Shown here: one piece after another, positions 50,840-63,429 of the stretch | Numbering within the stretch: position 1 is the stretch's first letter | Layout of the letters: every line of letters begins with the position of its first letter | Program-made: the position numbers and the translations under genes | The notes under the pieces: model-generated | Seen by the model: the letters and a program-made list of their open reading frames with translations, nothing else | Database searches by the model: none | What the model was told of the DNA's origin: nothing | From: Glaucostegus cemiculus | Taxonomy: Eukaryota | NCBI GenBank assembly: GCA_976551045.1 | Contig: CDPCPM010000052.1 | Span: 5,766,001-5,830,000, forward strand | Length of the DNA: 64,000 bases | Direction: 5' to 3'

Positions 50840-52860
50840 CAAAAACCTGCAATGCCAGAAATCTGAAAGAAGGATGGATAAAAATGGAAATGCCCAGCAG
50901 GTCAGGCAGCATCTGTGGAGAGGAAAACAATTAATTATCAGAACTGGAAAAATGAGAAAACAAGTTTGTTTCATGTTTCAGAGACTAGGAGGAGTGGACA
51001 GAGCAAAGGAATATGTAAAAGTGGAGAGCAAGATTTGTCAGGAATGCAAATGATGCCATCTAAAAGGGGTGATGAATGCTTGTTGATCAGAGCTGATCTG
51101 TCCAGAGAGGTGTAAGTAGAGGGCGATGTAGAGGTGTAAGTAAAGGGAATAAAGAGAGTGAAAAAACAGTGCTGGAATGGTAGGTGCAGAGCACAACAAT
51201 GGCTGGAAATCTAAAGTAAATAGGAATGATGGAAATACTCAGCAGATCAAGGAGCAGCTGAGAGGGAAAACTGACAGGTTTGAGATAGATGACCCAACAG
51301 CTAAATTGGCTAGTTCTGACAGTAACAGAAAAGGTGGGTTAACTGAAAATGTTCACATCCATTTCCCTCCACAGATGGTACCTGACCCATTGAGTTCCTC
51401 CAGCAGTTTTTTACTTGTTGAATTTAATATTGAGACCTGAGGGTGCAATATGCCTCATGTTCTCTAACGTTAAATGTGAGAAATAGAGCAGATGTAGTTG
51501 AGAGCCCTGCCAACAATAGTAGTTGAGAAGGCACAGTTAAGGGAAAAGGAAGACCTCCCCAATATACTGCTGGGGAAAGACTCAACATCAAAGCAGATAA
51601 GGGAGAATGAGATGGAGTTCTACAGGAAGCTGGGTGGTAGGAGGTGGAAAAGACAGTTTTGTAATTGATACTAATCACTAACCTGTTCCCTGAAATGGGG
51701 AGAGAGCAGTTAAGAAAGGAACATGAATGTCAGAATGGGGCGGAAAGTGGCAGCAAAGTAATAACGTTTTTGAGTTATACCATAGTTGACAGGGCTCTCG
51801 ATTGTGCTTACTTTGTTTCTCACACATCTGCTCTCAACCTCTCCCATCCAAAACAAATGTTCCCCTTGACCTCATCTTCCACCTCAACAATCTCCATATT
51901 CAATGGATCACCTTCTACTTTCTGCAACCTTCACTGGGACCCCACATCGAGACACATCTTCACCTTTCCTCTTTCAGCACTCCGAAGGAAACCTTTCTCT
52001 TTGCCACTCCTTAGTTTGGTCTTCCATTTCCACTAACCACTCCTCTTGTCACGGCACTTTCCCAAGCAACTTAAAACAAAAATGCAGCACCAACCTCTAA
52101 CTTTTCCATTCCCACTATCCAGAGTCCTAAGCAGATCTTTCAGCTGAAGTAGAGATTCACTTGTACTTTTAATTTAGTGCATTGCAATCTATGCTTGCGG
52201 TGCGGTCTTATCTACATCGGAGAAACCAACACACTTTGGAGAACACCTGAGTTCAGTTCAACTGTTGTTTTAATTTCATCCCACCTTCATTCCGACCTCT
52301 TTTTGGCCGATTACACTCTTCCGGTGAAGCCCAATACAAGAATGAGGAGCGGCACCCATCTAGTATGTCTCAGGACATGATATTAAAGTCTATAATTTCA
52401 GATGACCAGTATTTTCTGTTTGTGTCAGAACTGACCAGTTTAGATGTAAGGTCATCCATCTGTAACACTGAGTCCGTTTTTCTCTCTCCACAGGTTATGC
52501 CTACTCTGCTAAGTATTTTCATCATTTTCGTGCATGTCCAATTTCTGGCAGCTTCTATTCCCTGCACCCCACTCACAGCACTGTCCTTTCTCCCTGCTGC
52601 CTTCATTAATCTCCCTCCTTGCGCAGTCCTCTAGACAGATCAGTTATGATTAATTTAAAAGTTATCATCGATCTTAAACCATCTTTGACTCCATTCTGTC
52701 CCCCCTGTTCTCTCCATTCTTTCCCCTATCTGCAACTTCAAACACACTCAGTTTCTTACTTTTCCAGTTCCGATGAATCATTAACTCTGTTCCATGCTCC
52801 ACAGGTGCTGCCTGACCTGCTGAGCATTTCCAGCAATTTGTTTTTATTTCTTTACATTTC
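50840..52860. mobile_element. Composite Penelope-like element: inverted RT/thumb piece (-, about 51440-51780), linker and GIY-YIG (+, about 51780-52400), terminal-repeat pieces at both ends
   Basis: + peptides TIVDRALD, VPLDLIFH and CLRCGLIYIGET (GIY-YIG); - strand YKT...TSYHPASC; gctgcctgacctgctgag tails at 50840-50920 (-) and 52800-52860 (+). Confidence 0.8.
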
Positions 52861-54382
52861 TTATTGTGCTATGTGAATGACCTGAGGCTCCTGACGCTGG
52901 CACTGAATGGCAGTATTTCATTCTCCAGCGTTACTTCTCCAGTGAACAGACACCAAGGTGGAGAACATAGTCAATGATAATGCAAAACATTTAGAGAAGA
53001 AATGTCAGACTTTGTTTGATAATCAGAGGTAATTTAGCACATAAATCAAAAGGTATTAGAACTAATTTTTGGAGCAATTAACCTGACCTGATTTCTCTGG
53101 ACTTTCATTTTGCAATGTGGAAAACGAAAACTACTTCCATTTCAACCTCTGTTCTTTCAAGGTTTAAAGAGTTAAATAATGGGGTCCATTTATTATGAAG
53201 TTAATGGTAAGAGAAAACTGATTTTTTTCTCTCATATATTCAATCACCCATAATAAAGGACAGGGATCTTTCCTTGGGTTCAGTGCCAGAATAAGATAAT
53301 TCTAAAATGTTAAAAAAGGGTAATCCGTTCTCTACAGTGTATGTAGGCACATTCCCAGGTTTCCAAAGGCCTAAAAATGCTTGCACTTGTATCACCAGTT
53401 GCTTTAAAAAGTTATCAGTACAAAGTTCAGTCTTTCCTCACTGTTAATGACTTTCACTAAGTGTCTGTCTATTATTGTTGTGTATTGCCCAGGTACTTCA
53501 GACCTGGATAATTGGCTCATCAAAATCCCTGCTTGTGATCTGCCAGTTCTTGCTGTATACCAGATGATCTTTGCAATCGATTTGCTGGGCTTCATAATTA
53601 CAGAGGAACAAAAGAACAGGCTTGGCCATTTCACACTCCATCCTGTTGTTGAGCAATGGTCCATCTCTTTTTAGCAAATTTCCCCCTTAACCTTAGTCTA
53701 TTATTCTCAGATTTAACATTAACAGAGCATAATTTCCATCAGTGAAAGAATTAGAAACTTTTACCACCCTTTTGTGTTATAAATGTTTCCTAACTTTACT
53801 CCTTAAAAGGCTCAGATTACTTGATAGAGTGCCCCAGTCTAATATACCTAAATCGGTAAGAAATAGTTTCTATCTATTCACTCTAATTCCCCTTTTTATT
53901 TTGAAAACTTGGATCAAATCACCCCTTAATCTTCTTAGTTCCAAGGACTGTGGAGAAAAGGATTGTAAAGAAAAATATGAAGTACCATAGATGCTAGATA
54001 TTTCAGTTAAAGGGGGAAATTTCTGTAAGTATTCTGCTGTTAGGGATTGCACCAGTGGGGAGAGAAACAGGGGTAATGTATCAAGTAATTAATTTTCACC
54101 AGAACTAGATAAATTAGAGAAGTAGATTGAGATCATTTCATCATCTTTTTGCCATTTTTCACCCTGCTGTCACTTTCACTTGGTTTGTCTGTAAATCTTC
54201 CCTTTGGTCTCACTATCTCTATTTCAGTCTAATGCACAAGTCCTGTTATATTTCTTAGTTTTACCCATAAAGTCTCCACTCTCGTTATGTCTCTGTAATT
54301 GTTGTGATTTCATCTTTAATCTGTAAGACTGCACCATCTCCTGTAGTATTTTGTCTTCCCTTTAAACTTTTTAACCTAATTT

Positions 54383-54523
54383 ATTTAATTGGTTTATTAT
54401 TGTCACATGTAGCAAGGAAGAACTTTGTTTTGCATGCAACCCATACAGATCATTCATCACATCAGTGCATTGAGGTAGTGCAAGGGAAAAGCAATATCAG
54501 AATGCAGAATAAAGTGTTACAGT
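54383..54523 (-). mobile_element. Rex1-type 3' UTR fragment followed by a ~41-bp tandem duplication (54524-54605)
   Basis: ggtttattattgtcacatgta...gaatgcagaataaagtgttacag; aattcttag(a/t)gtagaacgatt(a/g)taat occurs twice. Confidence 0.6.
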
Positions 54524-55164
54524 AATTCTTAGAGTAGAACGATTATAATAGTAGAATGATTAAAAATTCTTAGTGTAGAACGATTGTAATGGAAGTAATG
54601 AGTAGATCTGCAGAGAGCAGCTTGCAACAAGTTACCAAGTTCCGTCACCAACTTGCTGCATTCAAATGAACTGCTGGAAGAACTCAGCGGTGAAGCATCA
54701 TCTGTGGTGGCAAAGGGACGGTTGACGTTTTGGGTTGAGACTCTGTATTAGCAATTAATTTTTTTGCTTCAGTTTATTCCTGATTTGACAAAGAACGGCA
54801 GTATGTAAATCCAGAGTGTTTGTTTAACAGTTAAAGAGACTGACATCGGGAAATTTATCAGAAGTGGCATAGGAAAAAGTAATTTGAAAGAAGGGATAAA
54901 AATATAGTAAGAGGGAAAGTAAAATGGAACATATTGCATTTGTTGGCCTTTTTGATGGATTTTATCTTTTGAGCCAATTTGGTTTATAAAAGCAATGCTG
55001 CAGATGAATCGATGATAGAATCTTCAGCTATAAACCAGATGACCAGTACAGTTTAGGTTCTGAAGAGTTTAGAGAAGACAGTGTACTTTCTATTACTCTC
55101 TCCTTTATTTTGAATCCTTGTTGAATTTAAAAGTAAACTGGTGGGATCATTTTTTTTTAACGTA

Positions 55165-55530
55165 TTCTCTGGAAAATAGAAAGCTATGGGGTAACCTGAA
55201 AAGGTCCTTAAAATTGAGAATGGAGTTGATAAGATAGACAGAGGAGCAATGTTTCTATGATAGTGTTAAAATTAGGGGTAATAAATACAAGATCTTTTAA
55301 TAAATCCATCCAAGAACTTTGGAGACACCTCTTTGGTCAGACTGGTGGGGTTGTGGAACCTGTCGTCACGTGGATTAGTTGAGGCAGGGAGCAAAGATTA
55401 GGGAGCTACATGAGGAGAAAGAAATAGAAGGAAATGTGTACTGGATACGATGAAAGAAGCCAGTGTTGAACATTACTACTGGTTGGTCCTATCAAGACAA
55501 TTGACCTGTTTTGGTAAATTTGCTGTGATT
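55165..55530 (+). mobile_element. Decayed CR1 3' end
   Basis: ttctctggaaaatagaaagctatggggtaacctga (FSLExRxLxGDL-like) to tail. Confidence 0.6.
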
Positions 55531-57278
55531 CTCAAACTTTCATTCATCCAGAATTACAATATGTTTGCGCTAGCACAATCGTGTTGTCGCCATGTATCTG
55601 GAATGAACTAAAAGTATAGGGTTTGATATTGCAACTGTGTTACACTTGTGTGTGAACTAATGCGAGGTTTAGAATGCTAATTATGTGCAAGTTTGAAAGC
55701 TATTGAAATATTGAATTTTGTGCCGTAGAGTTGGAATGTTTTCTCATTTTATATTATTATCATTAAATGATCTTGCATCTGTTTTTCAAGTATATTTTGC
55801 ATCTCTTTTATCTGCACCAACCACTGAAGTTACTGGACTCTGAATTCTGTAATAATGGAGGTGACACATTTTGCTTATATTTACTGCTCAAAGATTTGCA
55901 TTGTATTTTTCATGTTGGTAATTATTTAGCTTTAACATTTTAATGAGAAAAGTTGCATGAAGAATTGCATTTTATGTTACACATGCAGCTTGAAATACTC
56001 AAATTATAGCAATAATTTAAGTAGATCCAGAAAACTGAACATAGTGTTAGGTCCAAGATTTGTCACAGACCTAAGAAATCATGTTACATACAGTCCCAGT
56101 CTACTTAATCTCTCCTCACACAACAGACCTGCAATCCCTGGAACCAGTCCAGGGCTTCACTGTAATCCCACTATGGCAAACACATCCATTTTTAATTGAA
56201 GAGATCAAAACTGTACAGAGTACTCTTGGTGTGGTCACTCCAAAGCCCTATACAATTGCAACAAATTATTCTAAATAAAAGGATACATGACTTTTCATGT
56301 AATTAATTATGGGGCTGTAAAGTGGATTGATTTTAAGGATCTTTATTTTTAATAGTTGATCCAGTATTACTGTTTAGACTGTGAAATGGTTTCTTGAAAT
56401 CTGGATCTCTTCACTAGCATTAGTTAATAGGGTTATCAAGGAAAATCTTGGATTACCAGAGGGATTGTATGAAGGTTGTTAATTTCAGAGAATCACCATC
56501 CTCTGAGTAAAGAAATGTCACCTAATCTCGATCCTAAATGGCCTATTCTGAAAATGTGTCATCAGTCCTAAATTCCTCAGCCAGCATGAACCACCTTCCC
56601 TGATCTAGCTCTCTAAGACTTTTATATGTTTTGATGAGATCTCTTGTTTTTCCAAATCTATTTATTCATTAATTATTGAAAAGATTTGAATGCAGAAAGG
56701 CTAACATACCACTTGTACTCATAACCACTTGCTCTACCTGCATGTTGACCTTCAGTGCTTTGTGTACAAGCATACCCAGGTTCTTTTGAACATCAACATG
56801 ACCCAATCTCGCACCATTTAACAAATACTCTTCTTTCTGTTATGGCTTATGATGTGATTATCTGCAGTGCAGATGACAGATAAAAGGCATTGGAGCGAGT
56901 AATTATAAACATTCAAGTTAAACAGTTGATCTGATTATAAATTTGCGTTCTAAATGCTGTCTTCTGTTTTTGGAGACCTCCATGTGTTGACCTCTGGCAC
57001 CACAAAATAGATCTCAGACCTTGATCTGCAACTCTAATATGTAGCTCTAATATTCCGTAGAAAATGTATTAATTCAGTATAGTTCCAAAGCATACAGTTT
57101 TCCTCATTTCTATCTCAATTCATTCTCCATTATAAGGATGGGTGTTTTGAAGAAACCAAGAAGTCAGATGTGAAGTTAAAAGACTAAGATTGAACCCTGT
57201 TGCTGTGAAGCCAGTAATTTTTATTCTGCATCTAAATGCTCCCCTATATGGGCAGAACAGAAAAGCAGAATTTGAAAG

Positions 57279-57491
57279 GGAGACACCAGCAAAGAACCAG
57301 CTGCTGGAGGAAATCAGTGGGTTAGGCAGCATCTGTGGAGACCGTTCATCTGGACTGAAATAGTAGAGGGGAGATACTGGCTACCCCCACCTCCACCAAC
57401 TACTCTTTCAGTCCAGATGAAGGGTCTTGACTTAACCTTCCAGTGTTGACTTTCCTCCACAGGTGCTGCTGGATCCACATAGTTTTTTTGC
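57279..57491. mobile_element. Fold-back Penelope-derived insertion with 15-bp TSD
   Basis: TSD agcagaatttgaaag at 57264-57278 and 57492-57506; internal inverted segments tcatctggactgaaa / tttcagtccagatga. Confidence 0.8.
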
Positions 57492-57790
57492 AGCAGAATT
57501 TGAAAGATGACTTTTAAGTTTCAAGGGACTAATATAAAAACAACCTCCATGTGTATTGAAAATTTTCACTGGGCACCCATTCATTAATTTTTTTTCATTT
57601 TATATTGGAAAAGAGATTTGATGTAATTTGTTTTGTTTTGTTAGCTTTGTATCTCAGTTGCAGCATAAATCTTGTATACCATTGCCTCAGTGTAACTGAA
57701 TCCAAGAAATTCTAGTGCAACACCACTTATATATTTCTTTCTCTTGCACATTGCTGTCATATTCTTAAGCATTTTGGGTCAAAAATTCCA

Positions 57791-57926
57791 GTCAAGACCC
57801 TTAATCTGGACTGAAAGTGTAGAGGTGGGGGGTCAGCCAGTATGCCCCATCTACTCTTTCAGTCCAGGTGAATGGTCTCCACAGGTGATGCCTGACCCGC
57901 TGAGTTCCTCCAGAAGCTCATTCTTT
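57791..57926. repeat. Inverted duplicate of 57291-57431
   Basis: Shares the same internal spacer (gaggtggggg..agccagtat) and the same gaa(c/t)ggtctccacag junction, in reverse complement. Confidence 0.85.
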
Positions 57927-57944
57927 GCTCCAGGTTTCAGCAAA

Positions 57945-59500
57945 TCTGTATGTTCCTGTTAGAATAAAAGGTAAGGCTAACAGATTTAGGGAACCTTGGT
58001 TATCGAGGGATATTGAGGGCCTGGTAAAGAAAAGAAGGTGGTGCATGTCAGGTATCAGGTTATGCTCAGATGAGGTGAGTGAGGAGTATAAGAAATGCAA
58101 GGGAACACTCGCGATAAGTCAGGGGGGCAAAAAGAGGACATGGGGTTGCTCTGGCGGATAGGGTGAATGAGAATCCCCTGGTTTTCTATAGCTACATTAA
58201 GAGCAAAAGGGTAGCAAGAGACAAAATTGGTCCTCTTGAAAATCAGCATGGTCATCTATGCCTGGAGCCAAAAGAGATAGGGGAGGTCTTAAATGAATTT
58301 TTTGCATCTGTATTTATTCTGGAGGAAGACACAAAGGCATTAGAACTGAGAGAAAAGAGTAGTGAGGTCATGGATCATTTACGGATTATGGAAAAGGAGG
58401 TGCTGGCTGTCTTGAGGCATTCAAGATGAAGTAGCCAATTGGATTAAGCATTGGTTTAGCAGAAGAAGCCAGAGAGTGGTAGTAGCTGGTCTTCTCTCTC
58501 TGTCTGTGACTAATGGTGTGCTGCGGGGGTTGGTGCTGGGTTCATTGTTGTTTATCATCTGTATTAATGATTTAGGTGATATTGTGGTAAAACTGGATCA
58601 GCAAATTTGCAGATGACACCAAGATTGAGAGTGTAGTGGACAACAAAGGCTATCAAAGCTTGCAGTGTGATCTTGACCAGCTAGGAAAATGGGCTGAAAA
58701 ATGACAGATGGAATCTAAGGCATATAAGTGTGAGGTGTTGCACTTTGGAAGACGAACCAAAGTAAGACTTGCACAGTGAATGGTAGGGCTCTGAGGTGTG
58801 TGGTAGAACAAAGTGACCTGGGAATACAGATCCATAATTCCTTGAAAATGGCATCACAGATAGATAGGTTCATAAAGAGAGCTTTTGGCACATTCATAAA
58901 TCAGGGCACTGAGTACAGGAGTTGGGATGTTATGTTGAAGTTGTACAAGATGTTGGTTAGGCTGTATTTAGAATATTGTGTGCAGTTCTGGTCACCTACC
59001 TACAGGAAAGATATCAATAAGCTTGAGTGCTGAGAAAATCTACAAGGATATTGCTGGGACTTGAGTTATAGGGAAAGGTTGAATAGGTTAGGACTTTGTT
59101 CCCCTGGAGCACAGGAGAATGGGGGGAGATCTTATTGAGCTTTCCAAAATTATGAAGAGTATAGATAGGATGAATGCATTCGGGCTTTTTCCCCTCTGGT
59201 TGGGTGAGACTAGAAATACAGGTCATAGGTTTAGGGTGAAAGGTGAAATATTTAAGGGGAATCTGAGGGGAAACTTCTTCACTCAGATGGTGGTGCAAGT
59301 GTGGAACGAACTGTCAGCGGAAGTGGTTGATGTGGGTTCAATTGTAACATTTAAGAGAAGTTTGGATAGGTGTATGGATAGGGTGGGTTTGGAGGAATAT
59401 GGTCTGGGTGCAGCTAGATGGGACTAGGCAGCAGGTCAGGTTGGCATGGACTAGAAAGGCTGAAAGGCCTGTTTCTGCTGCTGTAGTACTTTATGACTGT
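57945..59500 (+). mobile_element. CR1 ORF2 fragment to 3' tail, with an internal deletion near 58420
   Basis: REPWLSRDIE, ENPLVFYSYIKSKR, EVLNEFFASVF, then a jump to WIKHW..KFADDTKI, LEYCVQFWSP, FFTQMVVQVWNEL. Confidence 0.93.
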
Positions 59501-60464
59501 ATTTTAGCTGGATACTTTGAGGTCTTAAGCTGCTGCCTAAAAGAGCTTTTATTTAATCTTGAACGAATATGAAGGTGTTTTTTTACACCATACAATATTA
59601 ACTGCTAGCTGCTTTATTTATTTTGCTGTGCGTCAAGTAAAGGTGGTGAAAGGCCATTGTATTTTTCTTTTCCCACTGAGTCACTAGAAAGAGCTGTTTC
59701 ATCTTGGCATTACAGCTCTCTGTGGTCTCGGCCCTTGGCTTGTCATGTTTATAAGAGGGTGTGGAATATTAACTGTTTCTCACAGCTCTTTCAACGCAAG
59801 AGGACTCAACAGCTGTTAATGCAGTGAGTGGGCCGTCACTGACTAAGTCTCCTTTCTTGGATGATACGCAGGGAAGTGGAAATGAGTAATGTTCCTCATA
59901 GAGCCTTTTCAGCATAGAAGGAGGCCATTTCACCTATTGGGCACATGCTCGCTACTTGTAAAGCAATCTATTTCATCTTGCTGACCCGCTCTTTTGTCAC
60001 GGTCTAACTGTGTGCAGATCCAATTTCTATTTGAAAGCCCCGATTTACTGACTGTTTCCACCACTGTTCAATGCAGTGAGACTGTAATCATTCTCTGTTA
60101 AAATGTTTTTGCACTTAAATAATCCCTGGTATTTCACATTTTTGCCCATCAGTTTTAAACTGTCCCCTGATCCTTGAACCATCTGCTAATGGAAACAGGT
60201 TCTCTCTAAACCTTGGGTTATCGTCTATCTCTGTCAAATCTCCTAGCAATCTTCTTTACTCCAAGAAGCACAATCCCAGTTTTCCTGGTCTAACTTTGGA
60301 ACTGAAATCCCTCATTCTAAAACTGTTCTAATAAATATCTTCTGCAGTCTCTCCAGAAGCTTCACACTCTTTCTAAAACAGATACATCAAAATATGCCAC
60401 CACATATTTTATGTAGGTCAGTAATCCTGGTGGTTAAAAAAGATATTGTCTCCATTTTAAGCAG

Positions 60465-62035
60465 ACAGGAATGAGGATGACTTGCTTCTTCTCCAGTTTA
60501 GTGGTTTCTGGTTAATGAGACCAGTGTGTGAATTACTGACTTTTCAACAGATGGGGCAGAAAGGACAGGTAGGTAGTTTGTGAGGTGGCGTACTCCTTCC
60601 GCCATTTACCTTCGGCTTCTCTATGTTGCCAATGCACGGCTTTGTGGTTCTCAATACCATCCTGAATGCTCCTTTTCCACTTTGAATGTTCATGGGCCAG
60701 ACATTCCCACGAGTCTCCCATGGATAGGAGAGGTTTACAGGGCTATGGGCCAAACACTGGCAGCTGGGACTAGCTTGCTGGGCGACACAGTCGGCGTGGA
60801 TGAGTTGGGCCGAAGGGCCTGTTTTCATGCTATATGACTGTGAGTCGGTGGGGATGTTGCATTTTGTTGCATAAACACACTCTTGAAATTTTTTTTCTCT
60901 GTTCACTGGGTAATCTTCTTCCATGACAGAGCTCAGAATAGAGTGTCTCTTTCAGGAATGTGGCGTGGGCATACAAACAACTTGCCCAGTCCAACATAAC
61001 TGACTGAGATTAACTAGGGCCTCACTGCTGGGGATGTTGGCCTGTGTGAGGATGCTGACATTAGTTTGCTTATCATTACAGTGAATTTTGAGGATTTTAC
61101 AGAGGTCCTGTTGTTGTATTTCTCCAGTACTTTGACGTGCCTGCTGTAGGTAGTCCAGGCTTCAGAAGCATATAGGAGGGGAGGGTTCACTACTAGGCCA
61201 TGAGTTTTGAGACAGGTCTGCTTTCTTGATCTTCTAGTATTTTCTTCCTCAATCAACTAACGGCTGTCCTGGTGCAAAGAAGGTAGTTACGAATTTTATC
61301 ATGGATGTCTGGCTTTGCTGAGAGGTTTAGTTGTTCCAGAGATGTGGGAAGTGGTCCATGTCTTCCATTGTTTTGTCCTGAAGCCTTGTTGTCAGAGACA
61401 GAGTAGTGTGGGCTGGGGGGCAGGTTGGTAGAGGACCTCGGTCTTGTGTTGAGTGCAAGGCCAATCCTCTTGTGTACTTCAGTGAATGAGATGACATAGT
61501 CTTGAAATTCTGTCTCTGAGCACATGCAAAAGGCAATCTTTGTCTGTGCATTGCACCTCAACCATTGAAGTTAAGGTGACCTTGGTTTTGGAATTTTGTT
61601 GCTATAGTTTTCAGAATTTCCCATTTTCTGAAGATTAACCCTCTCCCACAAGACGTTTGGAGGTGTGGTGGGACATTGCAAGATAGATTGAGAAAAGCTT
61701 TGGGACAGTGGTGTAGCCTTGTTTGATATTAACCTTCATTGAGATTGGCTCTGTTATGGATGTATTGTTTAGTATTATGGCTTTCATGCCATTGTGGAAC
61801 AAACATAAAATTGAGACCAAGTTTTTGGGCAACTGCATCTGATTCCCAATTGATGGAGTTGAGCATTAGTGAGGTTGAAGAAGGCCATGTAAAGTGGCTG
61901 GTGCTGCCTCTGGCATTTGTCTTGGAGTTGTTTTGTATGAAGAACATGTTCACTCTGCTTCTGGTTGGAATCCACACTGTGATTTGAGGAACGGCTCTGG
62001 CGATTGGGAGGAGGCAGTTGAGGAGGACGCTGGTG
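60465..62035 (-). mobile_element. RTE-clade LINE RT to 3' end (decayed)
   Basis: Minus peptides KQLQDKCQRQHQPLYMAFFNLT, IKQGYTTVPKLFSIYL, LLYASEAWTTYSRHVKVLEKY, NIPTDS-WECLA. Confidence 0.88.
60718..60841 (+). mobile_element. CR1 3' tail nested inside the RTE element
   Basis: atggataggagaggtttacagggctatgggcc...gggccgaagggcctgttt; splits the RTE peptide PTDS|WE, with gagtc on both sides. Confidence 0.8.
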
Positions 62036-63429
62036 ATTTAGTTAGCTAACCCTTTTACTTTTGCCTCAGATTTTAACATGTATGGCTTGAAAAATAATCT
62101 TATTAAACTGGTCTTTATAATTTCTCTGCTGCTGTATAAAATATTGCTAGTTTTATTGAGGTGATTCAAGATGAATTTTATGTGTTTCTGCATTTAGATT
62201 GTGGTGCTCCAGAAATAAAATGATGTATTCTGCTCTGAACACTTTTTCAAAGAGCAAGACAATGCATTCTATTTTAGCTTTATTGAGTAGGATAAACTGG
62301 GCTGTCAGATAGCAATCCTGTGTCTACCATCAATTTTGTTTAGTTAGTGCACTGGAGTTGATCTTGATTGTAAAGTGCTTGAAGTATTGCACAGTGTTTG
62401 CTTCAGCATTGAGAGCTTTTAAACTCCAACATGAAAGAAGGGCATTTAAGAAAAACACAATGTACTATTACATGTGCATATCATTGGCTTGTAAGTAAAT
62501 TATATTCAACATGTACTATAATTATAAAGATTTTGAAGTAATTTTCCCTTTTGTATTACTTTCATAGATTTTCATGTGTAAATATTAGAGAATCTTTTTA
62601 TTAAATTTTTAAGTTGGTATATGAAGGATTAAGTCAGTGTACGCAGAACTGATCAGAAATATTTCAAGTAAATCTGCTTAGTTTTCTTACCATGGAATAT
62701 CCATGTGATACATGGAATTGCACATTAGCTGATGTTTCCAAATGTAAGATATAATCAAATCATGAATTCTTGTTTTTCCATTTTTGGTGTAATCAAGCAT
62801 TTGTTTATTTTTAGTGCATCACTGTGGGGAATTGATGTTTGTTCCACTAGTTTCATGCTGATTTTCATCGTGTGGTAGGCCCTAATAGCAAATAACATCT
62901 TGCTTTTTATATAATCATTGTGTCCCTTTCATTCATTGACTCGACTGCGACTGTTCTGTTTAGGCTTAATTATTTTGCCTTCATATTGGTAATTTACATA
63001 CCTGTAATTTTTCTAGAGTTCAGTAGGGAGTTTTCACTGTTAACATTTAGTGGGGATTTTTCTCTTTGGTGTGGGTATAAAACTGTTATTTTGTAATTGG
63101 CCATCTTTTATGCAGAACACCCCAAATTTGACAAAATTAAGAGAGGTGTGTGATGATTAGTCTGTCTGCACTGCCAATTCCATGGAGACACTAGATTGCA
63201 GATGCTTGGAATCTGGAGCAACAAACAAGAAGCTGGAGGAACTCGGAGACTGTGCAATGGAAAGCTAATATTGGCTGCATAATTGAGAAGTTAGCAGTTA
63301 AGAACTGACACGTGTGTAGTATACAGAGGCCCCTACTGCTTTTTTTAATTTAATTGTGTCATGGCCAAGGGGCACTGCTGGATATTGACATGTCACATTT
63401 CTTCTTTTTGGACTTTGTGCATAGGAAAT

